Source: Ranitomeya imitator (taxonomy: Eukaryota). Taken from it: a DNA stretch of 64,000 bases. Of this stretch, positions 9,999-22,169 are shown one piece after another. Position 1 is the first letter of the stretch. Each line of letters opens with the position of its first letter. Where the stretch lies: contig NC_091285.1 in the NCBI RefSeq assembly GCF_032444005.1, forward strand, positions 668,484,001 through 668,548,000. The letters run 5' to 3'. The notes under the pieces were generated by a model. It searched no databases. It saw only the letters and a list, made by a program, of their open reading frames with translations, and was not told the DNA's origin. The position numbers were made by a program, and so were the translations under genes.

Positions 9999-12900
9999 CT
10001 GCAGAGCAGAAACCACATCATTCACGAGTCTCAGGGCGTCCATCACTGGCAGCAAACAGGAGGAGCACAGAGAACAGGTACAAGATGCTACGGCCGCAGT
10101 GCCCAGCTTACTAATATATACGGACGGGTCACTACAGAGGGAGGGGCAGACGCCATGTCCCATCATAGCTCCTCCCTTCGGATTCCCCAGTGGTGGGAGG
10201 GGCAGACGCCATGTCCCATAGCTCCTCCTCATTCCCCTGTAGTAGGAGGGGCAGACGCCATGTCCCATAGCTCCTCCTCTCATTCCCCTGTGGTGGGAGG
10301 GACAGACGCCATGTCCCATAGCTCCTCCTCTCATTCCCCTGTGGTGGGAGGGGTAGACACCATGTCCCATAGCTCCTCCTCTCATTCCCCTGTGGTGGGA
10401 GGGGTAGACACCATGTCCCATAGCTCCTCCTCTCATTCTCCTGTGGTGGGAGGGGTAGACACCATGTCCCATAGCTCCTCCTCTCATTCTCCTGTGGTGG
10501 GAGGGACAGACACCATGTCCCATAGCTCCTCCTCTCATTCTCCTGTGGTGGGAGGGACAGACACCATGTCCCATAGCTCCTCCTCTCATTCTCCTGTGGT
10601 GGGAGGGACAGACACCATGTCCCATAGCTCCTCCTCTCATTCTCCTGTGGTGGGAGGGACAGACACCATGTCCCATAGCTCCTCCTCTCATTCTCCTGTG
10701 GTGGGAGGGACAGACACCATGTCCCATAGCTCCTCCTCTCATTCTCCTGTGGTGGGAGGGGTAGACGCCATGTCCCATAGCTCCTCCTCTCATTCTCCTG
10801 TGGTGGGAGGGGCAGACGCCATGTCCCATAGCTCCTCCTCTCATTCTCCTGTGGTGGGAGGGGCAGACGCCATGTCCCATAGCTCCTCCTCTCATTCCCC
10901 TGTGGTGGGAGGGGTAGACACCATGTCCCATAGCTCCTCCTCTCATTCCCCTGTGGTGGGAGGGGCAGACGCCATGTCCCATAGCTCCTCCTCTCATTCC
11001 CCTGTGGTGCGAGGGGCAGACGCCATGTCCCATAGCTCCTCCTTTCATTCCCCTGTGGTGGGAGGGGCAGACGCCATGTCCCATAGCTCCTCCTCTCATT
11101 CCCCTGTGGTGGGAGGGGCAGACGCCATGTCCCATAGCTCCTCCTCTCATTCTCCTGTGGTGGGAGGGGCAGACGCCATGTCCCATAGCTCCTCCTCTCA
11201 TTCCCCTGTGGTGGGAGGGGCAGATGCCATGTCCCATAGCTCCTCCTTTCATTCCCCTGTGGTGGGAGGGGCAGACGCCATGTCCCATAGCTCCTCCTCT
11301 CATTCCCCTGTGGTGGGAGGGGCAGACGCCATGTCCCATAGCTCCTCCTCTCATTCCCCTGTGGTGGGAGGGGCAGATGCCATGTCCCATAGCTCCTCCT
11401 ACTCCATTCTGGGTCACATGTGAAGGGGGGCAAATACTTTCTATCACTCACCTGTGTCGATCGGTTTGGTCCCTGCCAACAGGCTGTGCCTTGTTCATAT
11501 TTCATTGTACTGAATCGATCATTTTCAGGTCCTGACCAGAATCCCCATGATCTGTGGAAAAGAAGAATCATCAGAAAGACTTGGACCCAATATTTACATA
11601 ATACTGAGAAAGAAAATTAAAAAAAACAAAACAAAACCTCTCACCCCAAATTAGTCTCCGAGCCTCCACCCTTCGGCTTCTGTGTCACACGACTAAATGG
11701 ACACAAGCGATAAATATATCTAGAAAAGAAAAATCACAGGAACGTCCTAAAGTACAGTCTGAACACAACCATCCAATATCCAGAGATCCATAATACACGA
11801 CCACTCAGGAACGTCTCCAGCTATACTTACTCGCTGGTCGATAGCTCGTAGCATTGTCCATAAAGGTAAGAAAACTCCCCGTGTGACCCAAAATTCAAGG
11901 AAATCTCCTTCTCCAGATTCCTAAACACAGATGAGCAAGACGGAAAGGTCAAAGCACAACAAGGAACCGAGGTACAAAATACAAGGGGTCATGAGAGGCT
12001 CAGGAGCCGGGTTACTGTAATAAGAGGTTACAGGGTAATAAGAGGATCAGGAGCCGGGTTACTGTAATAAGAGGTTACAGGGTAATAAGAGGATCAGGAG
12101 CTGGGTTACTGTAATAAGAGGTTACAGGGTAATAAGAGGATCAGGCCCCGGGTTACTGTAATAAGAGGTTACAGGGGTAATAAGAGGATCAGGAGCCGGG
12201 TTACTGTAATAAGAGGTTACAGGGTAATAAGAGGATCAGGAGCCGGGTTACTGTAATAAGAGGTTACAGGGTAATAAGAGGCTCAGGAGCCGGGTTACTG
12301 TAATAAGAGGTTACAGGGTAATAAGAGGATCAGGAGCCGGGTTACTGTAATAAGAGGTTACAGGGGTAATAAGAGGATCAGGAGCCGGGTTACTGTAATA
12401 AGAGGTTACAGGGGTAATAAGAGGGTCAGGAGCCGGGTTACTGTAATAAGAGGTTACAGGGTAATAAGAGGATCAGGAGCCGGGTTACTGTAATAAGAGG
12501 TTACAGGGGTAATAAGAGGATCAGGAGCCGGGTTACTGTAATAAGAGGTTACAGGGTAATAAGAGGTTACAGGGGTAATAAGAGGGTCAGGAGCCGGGTT
12601 ACTGTAATAAGAGGTTACAGGGTAATAAGAGGATCAGGAGCCGGGTTACTGTAATAAGAGGTTACAGGGTAATAAGAGGATCAGGAGCCGGGTTACTGTA
12701 ATAAGAGGTTACAGGGTAATAAGAGGATCAGGAGCCGGGTTACTGTAATAAGAGGTTACAGGGGTAATAAGAGGATCAGGAGCCGGGTTACTGTAATAAG
12801 AGGTTACAGGGGTAATAAGAGGGTCAGGAGCCGGGTTACTGTAATAAGAGGTTACAGGGTAATAAGAGGATCAGGAGCCGGGTTACTGTAATAAGAGGTT

Positions 12901-15900
12901 ACAGGGGTAATAAGAGGATCAGGAGCCGGGTTACTGTAATAAGAGGTTACAGGGTAATAAGAGGTTACAGGGGTAATAAGAGGGTCAGGAGCCGGGTTAC
13001 TGTAATAAGAGGTTACAGGGTAATAAGAGGATCAGGAGCCGGGTTACTGTAATAAGAGGTTACAGGGTAATAAGAGGATCAGGAGCCGGGTTACTGTAAT
13101 AAGAGGTTACAGGGGTAATAAGAGGATCAGGAGCCGGGTTACTGTAATAAGAGGTTACAGGGGTAATAAGAGGGTCAGGAGCCGGGTTACTGTAATAAGA
13201 GGTTACAGGGTAATAAGAGGATCAGGAGCCGGGTTACTGTAATAAGAGGTTACAGGGGTAATAAGAGGGTCAGGAGCCGGGTTACTGTAATAAGAGGTTA
13301 CAGGGTAATAAGAGGATCAGGAGCCGGGTTACTGTAATAAGAGGTTACAGGGTAATAAGAGGATCAGGAGCCAGGTTACTGTAATAAGAGGTTACAGGGG
13401 TAATAAGAGGATCAGGAGCCGGGTTACTGTAATAAGAGGTTACAGAGTAATAAGAGGATCAGGAGCCGGGTTACTGTAATAAGAGGATACAGGGTAATAA
13501 GAGGATCAGGAGCCGGGTTACTGTAATAAGAGGTTACAGGGTAATAAGAGGATCAGGAGCCGGGTTACTGTAATAAGAGGTTACAGGGTAATAAGAGGAT
13601 CAGGAGCCGGGTTACTGTAATAAGAGGTTACAGGGTAATAAAAGGATCAGGAGCCGGGTTACTGTAATAAGAGGTTACAGGGGTAATAAGAGGATCAGGA
13701 GCCGGTTTACTGTAATAAGAGGTTACAGGGTAATAAAAGGATCAGGAGCCGGGTTACTGTAATAAGAGGTTACAGGGGTAATAAGAGGATCAGGAGCCGG
13801 GTTACTGTAATAAGAGGTTACAGGGTAATAAGAGGATCAGGAGCCGGGTTACTGTAATAAGAGGTTACAGGGGTAATAAGAGGATCAGGAGCCGGGTTAC
13901 TATAATAAGAGGTTACAGGGTAATAAGAGGATCAGGAGCCGGGTTACTGTAATAAGAGGTTACAGGGGTAATAAGAGGATCAGGAGCCGGGTTACTGTAA
14001 TAAGAGGTTACAGGGTAATAAGAGGATCAGGAGCCGGGTTACTGTAATAAGAGGTTACAGGGGTAATAAGAGGATCAGGAGCCGGGTTACTGTAATAAGA
14101 GGTTACAGGGTAATAGGAGGATCAGGAGCCGGGTTACTGTAATAAGAGGTTACAGGATAATAAGAGGATCAGGAGCCGGGTTACTGTAATAAGAGGATCA
14201 GGAGCCGGGTTACTGTAATAAGAGGATCAGGAGCCAGGTTGCTACAAACCTAATTGTATCCTCGATTTCTCGCAGCGACTTCTCCGCTTCGTCATACTGA
14301 TTACGAGCCACTTGAGCAGCTGCAATAAAGACAATATTGCGATGATAATGAAGGATGATAGGGGTCGTAGTCATTAGTTGGAGGATGAATTACATCACTC
14401 ACTGTCTATCAGAGCCTGGGTGGCCTCGTCATATGGGGGCATCTCCACTTCCTCGGTGGGTGACTTGCTTGGTGGAGCCTGTGATAACACAGTGGATCAG
14501 ACACACGAATCCTTACGTTACACCTTCCCCCTCCCCCACATGCCACGCTGTACTATAATGAAGCCTATAATAAATCCCTTACACAGTAGCTCCCCCTAGT
14601 GGTGGCTCTGGGAAGGCAGAATTTTTTATGGACTCACCCTGTGCTCTTCATCAGAGTCGTCATCATCATCATCCTCATCTCCCTCAGCTACGTCATCATC
14701 ATCCTCATCTTCCTCAGCGGGGATTTCCGGGTGGCTTTCTGTCCCTTCTTCCACTGGGGGCAATGGTGGGGCGTCGTTCTGGCGGACATTAACCACATGA
14801 ATACCGGCCACGAGCAGCGCCCACAAAGCCTCCTGTCAGCACCAACCTCTGACTTGATTTTCTCTTTAATCTGTGGCCACACGGAGTCCAGGAAGGTGGC
14901 GGCGTCCACCGAGTACGACCCTCCGAGGAGATCCTGCAGGAAGGAATGCACGACACCCATGACATAGACCCCCTCACACCCCAGGACATCATGTATGTCA
15001 CACATCCGAGAAATAGGACCCCAAGTGGCTGTGATAAAGGGGATGATTGCAGACTACCGCTTTCACCACTGCCCCCACTTATGGGGGCTTAGATCCTGTG
15101 ACGCCCCCTTTACACCGGCTATGAATTGCCCCTCCACCCACGGGCCTCACCAGGGCTTCTTTATCGGACAACGATCCGTCCCCGTCTGAATCCAGCTCCA
15201 TGTGAGAGAACAGCTCCGGGGTGGAAACCCTATAGACAACAGACATGAGAAGGCATAGCTGTGCATGGGAGCTGTGTACACAAAACGGCAGCAGCGCGGC
15301 CCTCTGATCTGCAGTACTCACATGCCGTCCGAGTCCTGGTCCAGCTCGGCGAACACTTCCAGGCAGCGTTTCTTCTCCATCGCGGCCTTCTCAGCGTCCC
15401 TCCGCTCTGCAAGAGGCAAACACACGTGTAAATGCCCCAGATCCAGGGCAATATGGCCGCGGGGGGACGGGCGAGCGGCACCTTCCCACTCCTTCTTGTG
15501 AGCATCTGTGGCTTCCTTCTCCGGCTTCTCGGCCGCCTCCTTCTCGGCGCGCAGGGCGTCCACCTGAGCCTGCACGCTCTGCCGCTTCTCCACCAGCTCC
15601 TGCAGCTGCACCTGGGCGGGAAACAGTCAGCATGGCGATCACAACTCGGGACTAACTATGACACGTACCCTCCTCCCCCTCCAGGAGCGGCCGATCTCCC
15701 CTGAACACAGACAGATCAGGCATATCTAAATCCATATGCCCAATCCCCTCGTCCCACCAGGGCTCATGTACAGCCGCGAGCCCCTCAGGGCCATCACCTG
15801 CTTCTCTTCTCGGCCTTTTCGGGCCTCCTCGATGAACCTCTGCTTCAGCAGCATGCCCTCCCGGGCCATCTCGGCCTTCTTCTCCAGCTCCTCTCGCTCC

Positions 15901-18900
15901 TGTTTGCCCATCTCTCTGAGAAAGACCAGAAAGCGAGAAGTGAAAGATCCCCCCAAAGACTACTAGCAATACCTCACCCTCTCCACAGGGGGCGCTGCTC
16001 ACCGGCACGTGTTCTGGCAGCGCGCTCCGCTGTTATACTCGTCGGTGGTGTCGCAGCAATCTGCGGGGAGAGGAGACGACTGTCAGCTCTGCGGCTCCTC
16101 AATTAAAGGGATATGCCCATCTCATTAAGGAACAGCCTCTTTTTTCGCCAGGACCTGTGGCGGTCCGGTCCGACCCATCCCACGAATGAAGGGGATGCAG
16201 CACAGTGACCTCTTTACAGTCTTTCCACAATTTCCAGTGTGCTGGGAGTTGTAGTCCCACAAGGGCATGAGGGGCCCGGTTTCTTACCGCAGATGCCGTC
16301 GTTGACCCGTGATGCCAGGATGTACTGAGGCTTGAACCCGGCGTTGGTGCAGTGGAATTTGCCATTGGCGCACGCAGCGGTGCCTGATGGGAGGGAGAAG
16401 GCCTGGTCAGTAACAGGTTGGAGAGCATTGTGCAGTAATGGCCTCCAGCTCCCCCTAGAGGACGGACAGTGGTAGCACATGATTGGGCGCCGTGTGATGC
16501 CACATTTCTCCAGCAGAGGGCGCTCTGTCTCCTCACCGGGCTCGTCGGTTCCATCGGCGCAGTCGCAGTAGTCGTCGTTCACGCGGTCGAAGGGGATGGT
16601 CTTGGATCCGTCCAGGCAGGTGAAGGGTTTGGTCTCATCGTAGAAGCTGCGATCTGGGAAAGGAGGAGACGTTACACATCCGCCATGTTCTCAGCCACAC
16701 GTCCCTTTAAGGCACAGGTCTCCCACGTCATCCATCACTACAGCCGGCACTGAAGTGGTCGCTGAGCCACAGAGCTATGGCTGTGTGGGGGATAATGCTA
16801 AGTGGTTTTGGCAGTCAGGAGTCTGGGAAAGCTGGGTGAGATGTAGTGGTGGCCATCCCAGACTGTGCAAATCAGATCAGTGTGACTGAAATTCATTTGC
16901 TGCATCCGTTCCTAGCAGACTTGCCATTCAGGAATCTGGGAAAGCTGGGTGGCATTGTAGGTTTCTTTAGATTGGCCACAGCTATTAAATGCCACCCAAC
17001 TTTCCCAGACTACCAAATGGCACATCTGAGCAAAACTCCAATTGTAATTCATGTGCTGCATCCATAGCTGAGCAGATTTGCCACTCAGCAGTCTGGGAAA
17101 GCTGGGTGACACTCTGAAGTTAATAAATATGGATAACCAATGTATTGCAAGCACTACGACTAACGTAATATATTGTCACCCAGCTTTCCCAGACCCCTGA
17201 GCAGTAAGTCTGCTCCGCTATGGATGCAGCAGACATATTACAGTAGAATTACACCGATGTGATCGGCTTGGAAAGCTGGGTGACAATGCAGTCACAGCTA
17301 TGGCCGATGCAGGAGTCGTCACCCAGCTTTTTCAGAATACATAACGGCAAGTCGGCCTAATAAAATATGTTGGATGGTTCTCCTGCAAATGTACTCAGAT
17401 TTGACACTCAGGAGTCTGGGAAAGCTGGGTGATAACGTGTGACAGCTGTAGTGGAAGCTTTATATTCTCACCCAGCTTTTCCCAGACTGAGGAAGTCACA
17501 TTAATTCTACTATAACCGAGCAGACTTGTCATTCAGGAGTCTGAGAAAGCGGAGTGGCATTAAAACCAGAGCTGTAAAGTGGAAGCCATGTATTGGTTAC
17601 TTATGTTTCTGAACTCCGGCCCCCACCAACCACGGCTCTCCCATGTGATGAAACCCAGCTTTCCCAGACTCCTGCACGTCAACTTGCTCAGCTATGGAGG
17701 CAGCAGATAAATTACAATAGAACAAATCCAATTTGCTCAGTCTGGGAAAGCTGGGTGACAACAGTCACAATGACCTCTCTTGCAGGAGTCCTCACCCAGC
17801 TGCCTTTGATTTCTGCATAATAATAGATGCTTTTTTTAACTGCAAAAGTACTCAAGATTTGCCACTCAGGAGTCTGGGAAAGCTGGGTGACAAGACACGA
17901 CACAGGACTAGTGGATGCCTTATATGGCCACCCAGCTTTCCCAGACTGAGCAAACAGAACAATCCTCCTGCTGCAGCCACAACAGAGTAGCCTTGTCTTT
18001 CAGAAGCCTGAGAGAGCTGGGTGTTATTTCATCACAGCTGGTGGCTAATTATTTGTTACACCTGTTCCTCTAAGGCTCTGCCATGCGATGTCACCCAGCT
18101 TTCCCAGACTGCTGAGCGGCCAGCAAGCAGATGAATTACAGAACTTATCTGATTTGCTCAGTCTGGGAAAGCTGGGTGACAACACGGTCACAATTACGCT
18201 CTTGTAGGAGTCATCACCCAGCTTTTTCAGACTTCTGAATGGCAAGTAGACATATTTATATCCATTTCTCCCATTTCTGCATATATGAGAATTGCATTTA
18301 GGAGTCTTCTATTGCTACCCAGCTTTCCCAGTGTCCTAACGGACAAACCTGCTTAGTTTTCTTATTATACGTACCACCAGAAACACTTCTGGGAAAGCTG
18401 AGTGACGACCGATGTGAGCAGTGGTCACTATGGACATCGCAACGACTCCGATCACCCAGCTTTCCCAGCATCTCACAGACATTTATGGCAAAAAAACACA
18501 GTATGAGCCTGGACAAGCCATGTGTGGGATGTAGAAAGACATAAATAAGCTTATTTGCCATTCAGGAGTGCGGGAAAGCTGGGTGAGACATTACTGACAT
18601 ATTACCGGCCCATACAGAAAAGTCTAGAATATGAGCAGCGCATTTATTTCTTGGTGCAGTTCACAGGACAGCCAGCAGAGAGCGCTGCACCCTACAGACA
18701 AGTGACTGGAATAAGGCACAGACCATTGAATGAAGCTTATAACTAGCAACTGTAGGAAAGGAGCCTGCGTCACAGCGCCACCCGGGGTCCCGGAGGAAGT
18801 ATTGCATGCTGGTGTATCGCATAGCAGTGACAATGAATGAAGACAGCACTCACTGGACAGGGAGACGCCGCGGGGTCTCTTCACCTCCACCGCCCGGCAA

Positions 18901-18944
18901 CCGAGCCCCGCCAGGAGCACCAGGAAAACAACCACGGGCTGCAT
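9858..18944 (-). CDS. PRKCSH: Glucosidase II subunit beta (protein kinase C substrate 80K-H); spliced CDS, 16 coding exons, 1554 nt = 517 aa + stop
   Basis: Exons 18854-18944, 16537-16653, 16288-16383, 16003-16060, 15798-15915, 15482-15611, 15322-15406, 15151-15229, 14847-14933, 14638-14778, 14403-14478, 14250-14319, 11831-11920, 11645-11719, 11452-11551, 9858-9998. All are GT-AG, phases are compatible and the sum is divisible by 3. Protein shows signal peptide + [12 protein letters not shown], Cys-rich [21 protein letters not shown], two EF-hand-like loops, an acidic tract, the MRH domain ([37 protein letters not shown]) and C-terminal HDEL. Confidence 0.97.
10135..11402. repeat. 51-bp minisatellite, ~25 copies, filling the PRKCSH intron 9999-11451
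   Basis: Unit GGGGCAGACGCCATGTCCCATAGCTCCTCCTCTCATTCCCCTGTGGTGGGA; 17-aa periodicity in ORFs. Confidence 0.97.
11452..11551 (-). CDS. PRKCSH: PRKCSH coding exon 15 ([34 protein letters not shown])
   Basis: TTTTCCACAG| acceptor, |GTGAGT donor, 100 nt. Confidence 0.96.
11645..11719 (-). CDS. PRKCSH: PRKCSH coding exon 14 ([25 protein letters not shown])
   Basis: TTTTCTAG| acceptor, |GTGAGA donor, 75 nt. Confidence 0.95.
11831..11920 (-). CDS. PRKCSH: PRKCSH coding exon 13 ([29 protein letters not shown])
   Basis: TGTTTAG| acceptor, |GTAAGT donor, 90 nt. Confidence 0.95.
11996..14238. repeat. 47/48-bp satellite array (CAGGAGCCGGGTTACTGTAATAAGAGGTTACAGGGTAATAAGAGGAT)
   Basis: Period 47 measured (12001 to 12048); fills the PRKCSH intron 11921-14249. 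Confidence 0.98.
14250..14319 (-). CDS. PRKCSH: PRKCSH coding exon 12 ([24 protein letters not shown])
   Basis: TTTATTGCAG| acceptor, |GTTTGT donor, 70 nt. Confidence 0.92.
14403..14478 (-). CDS. PRKCSH: PRKCSH coding exon 11 ([25 protein letters not shown])
   Basis: TCACAG| acceptor, |GTGAGT donor, 76 nt, conserved MPPYDE motif. Confidence 0.92.
14638..14778 (-). CDS. PRKCSH: PRKCSH coding exon 10 (acidic tract [21 protein letters not shown])
   Basis: CCGCCAG| acceptor, |GTGAGT donor, 141 nt. Confidence 0.9.
14847..14933 (-). CDS. PRKCSH: PRKCSH coding exon 9 ([29 protein letters not shown])
   Basis: CTGCAG| acceptor, |GTTGGT donor, 87 nt. Confidence 0.93.
15151..15229 (-). CDS. PRKCSH: PRKCSH coding exon 8 ([26 protein letters not shown])
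   Basis: TATAG| acceptor, |GTGAGG donor, 79 nt, EF-hand-like loop. Confidence 0.94.
15322..15406 (-). CDS. PRKCSH: PRKCSH coding exon 7 ([28 protein letters not shown])
   Basis: TTGCAG| acceptor, |GTGAGT donor, 85 nt, EF-hand-like loop. Confidence 0.94.
15482..15611 (-). CDS. PRKCSH: PRKCSH coding exon 6 ([43 protein letters not shown])
   Basis: CCCAG| acceptor, |GTGCCG donor, 130 nt. Confidence 0.93.
15798..15915 (-). CDS. PRKCSH: PRKCSH coding exon 5 ([40 protein letters not shown])
   Basis: TTTCTCAG| acceptor, |GTGATG donor, 118 nt. Confidence 0.94.
16003..16060 (-). CDS. PRKCSH: PRKCSH coding exon 4 ([19 protein letters not shown])
   Basis: CAG| acceptor, |GTGAGC donor, 58 nt. Confidence 0.95.
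16288..16383 (-). CDS. PRKCSH: PRKCSH coding exon 3 ([32 protein letters not shown])
   Basis: CAG| acceptor, |GTAAGA donor, 96 nt. Confidence 0.95.
16537..16653 (-). CDS. PRKCSH: PRKCSH coding exon 2 ([39 protein letters not shown])
   Basis: TTCCCAG| acceptor, |GTGAGG donor, 117 nt. Confidence 0.95.
16820..18590. repeat. Array of alternating inverted CTGGGAAAGCTGGGTG / CACCCAGCTTTCCCAG motifs
   Basis: About 24 copies in near-alternating orientation within the PRKCSH intron 16654-18853. Confidence 0.85.
18854..18944 (-). CDS. PRKCSH: PRKCSH coding exon 1 ([30 protein letters not shown])
   Basis: ATG at 18944, hydrophobic signal peptide, donor A|GTGAGT, 91 nt. Confidence 0.93.
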
Positions 18945-19019
18945 CTCCGCACACCAGGAACTCAATATCCGCCTTCTGGAGCCTCTTTGACACCGTCAGT
19001 CGGGGGTAAAGTCTAATTG

Positions 19020-19355
19020 AAGTGACACTTCCGCTGACGTCACTTCCGGACGATGCGAGTGGCCATCTTGGTTGAGGCAGTTGGTTTAATGCTTTTTTTT
19101 TAAACGATTTCGAAGAATCATAGACATTAGATAATCAATGACTGTGTTATAAATTATCGTTATTTCTGTCATTTAGAGAAAACAGGAGTCATAACAAGGT
19201 GGATATGTCCCTATAGCCGGAAATTGTATGAGAGTACCAAGATGGCGGATAGGGCCCAACCAATGGGGAAGTGTGTCAGTCGTTGTTAGGGAAACAGTTG
19301 CTAAGCAGCTGAGTTGTTGCGGACAGAGGAGCAGCTGCTGGAGACGCATCAGAAG
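19020..19355. promoter_or_regulatory. Putative bidirectional promoter of PRKCSH and ODAD3, with a candidate non-coding first exon of ODAD3 ending at 19355
   Basis: CRE TGACGTCA 19035-19042 flanked by two ETS-type CACTTCCG (19026-19033, 19041-19048); YY1-type motifs on both strands (19062-19070 minus, 19238-19247 plus); CCAAT 19260-19264; two RFX X-box-like motifs GTTGTTAGGGAAAC (19282-19295) and GTTGCTAAGCAGC (19297-19309); strong donor AAG|GTGAGC at 19355. Confidence 0.65.
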
Positions 19356-19361
19356 GTGAGC

Positions 19362-20100
19362 ACCGAGTCCTGTGCATTGTGTGATACATACAGTAATGGC
19401 GCAGGGACGGGGAGATGGCACCAGGGCAAAATATGGGGAGCAGCCGTGTCCTGTGCATTGTGTGATACATACAGTAATGGCGCAGGGACGGGGAGATGGC
19501 ACCGGGGCAAAATATGGGGAGCAGCCGTGTCCTGTGCATTGTGTGATACATACAGTAATGGCGCAGGGACGGGGAGATGGCATCGGGGCAAAATATGGGG
19601 AGCAGTCGAGTCCTGTGCATTGTGTGATACATACAGTAATGGCACAGGGACGGGGAGACGGCACCAGGGCAAAATATGGGGAGCAGTCGAGTCCTGTGCA
19701 TTGTGTGATACATACAGTAATGGCACAGGGACGGGGAGACGGCACCAGGGAAAAATATGGGGAGCAGTCGTGTCCTGTGCATTGTGTGATACATACAGTA
19801 ATGGCACAGGGACGGGGAGATGGCACCGGGGCAAAATATGGGGAGCAGTCGTGTCCTGTGCATTGTGTGATACATACAGTAATGGCGCAGGGACGGGGAG
19901 ATGGCTCCAGGGTAAAATATGGGGAGCAGCCGTGTCCTGTGCATTGGGTGATACATATAGTAATGGCGCTGGGACGGGGAGATGGCACCGGGGCAAAATA
20001 TGGGGAGCAGCCGTGTCCTGTGCATTGGGTGATACATACAGTAATGGCGCATGGACGGGGAGATGGCACCGGGGCAAAATATGGGGAGCAGCTGTGTCCC
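19362..20100. repeat. 81-bp minisatellite, ~9 copies
   Basis: Period 81 (19381 to 19462); 27-aa periodic ORFs in several frames. Confidence 0.96.
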
Positions 20101-20329
20101 CAAGGAGGAGGACTAACGCTCCGGAGATCTCCTCCACGGTCCTGCGTGTTTTATTAGTGCAACGACTACATATTGTCTGAATGTCTGTTTAGAGGGGTTA
20201 ATAAAATGGCGTTGTCAGTACGCACCACATACATGAGCGTGCACAGGCAAATATACCATATATGACCTATAGGGGGCGACATTACCTAGAGCCTCATATA
20301 AATACACCCCCCCAGAGGCCCTGATAAAA

Positions 20330-21790
20330 GGGACCCTCAACCAGACCATCCTAAATCCAGACCCTCAACCAAAACACCCTAAATCCGGACCCTCAACCAG
20401 ACCACCCAAAATCCGGACCCTCAACCAGACCTCCCTAAATATCGACCCTCAACCAGACCTCCCTAAATATCGACCCTCAACCAGACCATCCTAAATACAG
20501 ACCGTCAACCATACCACCCTAAATACAGACCCTCAACCAGGCCACCCTAAATACTGACCCTCAACCAGACCACCCTAAATACTGATCCTCAACCAGACCA
20601 TCCTAAGTCCGGACCCTCAACCAAACCACCCTAAATACAGATCCTCAACCAGACCACCGTAAATACAGATCCTCAACCAGACCACCCTAAATACAGACCC
20701 TCAACCAAACCACCCTAAATCCGGACCATCAACCAAACCACCCTAAATCCGGACCCTCAACCAGACCACTCTAAATCCAGACCCTCAACCAGACCACCCT
20801 AAATACAGACCCTCAATCAGACCACCCTAAATACAGACCCTCAACCAGACCACCCTAAATACTGAACCTCAACCAGACCACCCTAAATACAGACCCTCAA
20901 TCAGACCACCCTAAATCCGGACCCTCAGACTACCCTAAATACAGACCCTAAATCCTGACCCTCAACCAGACCACCCTAAATACAGACCCTCAACCAGACC
21001 ACCCTAAATACAGACCCTAAATCCGGACCCTCAACCAGACCACCCTAAATACAGACCCTCAACCAGACCACCTCAAATACAGACCTTCAACCAGACCACC
21101 CTAAATACAAACCCTCAATCAGACCACCCTAAATCCGGACCCTCAACCAGACTACCCTAAATACAGACCCTCAACCAGACCACCCTAAATACAGACCCTC
21201 AACCAAACCACCCTAAATACAGACCCTCAACCAGACCACCCTAAATACAGACCCTCAACCAGAAAATCCTAAATACAGACCCTCAACCAGACCACCTCAA
21301 ATACAGACCTTCAACCAGACCACCCTAAATACAAACCCTCAATCAGACCACCCTAAATCCGGACCCTCAACCAGACTACCCTAAATACAGACCCTCAACC
21401 AGACCACCCTAAATACAGACCCTCAACCAAACCACCCTAAATCCAGACCCTCAACCAGACAATCCTAAATCCGGACCCTCAACCAAACCACCCTAAATCC
21501 AGACCCTCAACCAGACCACCCTAAATCCAGACCCTCAACCAAACCACCCTAAATCCGGACCCTCAACAAGACCACCCTAAATCCAGACCCTCAACCAGAC
21601 CACCCTAAATACCGACCCTCAACCAGACCACCCTAAATACAGACCCTCAACCAGACCATCCTAAATCCGGACCCTCAACCAGACCACCCTAAATACAGAC
21701 CCTCAATCAGACCATCCTAAATCCGGACCCTCAACCAGACCACCCTAAATACAGACCCCCCCACCAGGCTACCCCTAAATGAATGACCCC
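20330..21790. repeat. 28-bp C-rich minisatellite (CAGACCCTCAACCAGACCACCCTAAATA)
   Basis: Period 28 measured. Confidence 0.96.
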
Positions 21791-21816
21791 AGGCCGGACT
21801 GCACCTTAAAAGAAAC

Positions 21817-22074
21817 AAAATAGGAGGGTGTTCCAGCTTCTTAAAAAATTCTTATCAAACTTTACTGATCCACATTGGGAATAAATAAAAAAACTCCTAA
21901 CCAAAAGTGAACCTCTGGGGGTAAAGTGACGTACGATCTTTATCAAAGCTTCGGTAACGCGTCGCTTTACCCCCAGAGGTTCACTTGTGGTTAGGAGTTT
22001 TTTTATTTATTCCCAATGTGGATCAATAAAGTTTGATAAGAATTTTTTAAGAAGCTGGAACACCCTCCTATTTT
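21817..22074. repeat. ~260-bp fold-back (inverted repeat with ~110-bp arms), probable inverted Penelope pLTR remnant
   Basis: Arms 21817-21931 and 21960-22074 are near-perfect reverse complements; GTAACGCGTCG at the junction resembles a decayed hammerhead end. Confidence 0.7.
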
Positions 22075-22169
22075 TTCTATTCGTCTCGTCCTGTCTTCAC
22101 GAAGTTCCGTGCATCTGTGGGTCTGATGAGCTGGCTGTGGTCTTCTACCATTTTGTTCTTTTACCTAAA

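Noticed and set aside
8924-11447. Long repetitive ORFs (272, 210, 531, 529, 479 aa) as novel proteins
   Set aside because: Open in several frames and both strands because of 33/34- and 51-bp tandem units; they lie within PRKCSH introns
16820-18590. CRISPR-like repeat-spacer array
   Set aside because: Eukaryotic intron, repeats alternate in orientation, spacers are partly homologous to one another, and there are no cas genes
19173-20180. Cys-rich 27-aa repeat ORFs
   Set aside because: Product of the 81-bp minisatellite, open in five frames; no splice or codon evidence
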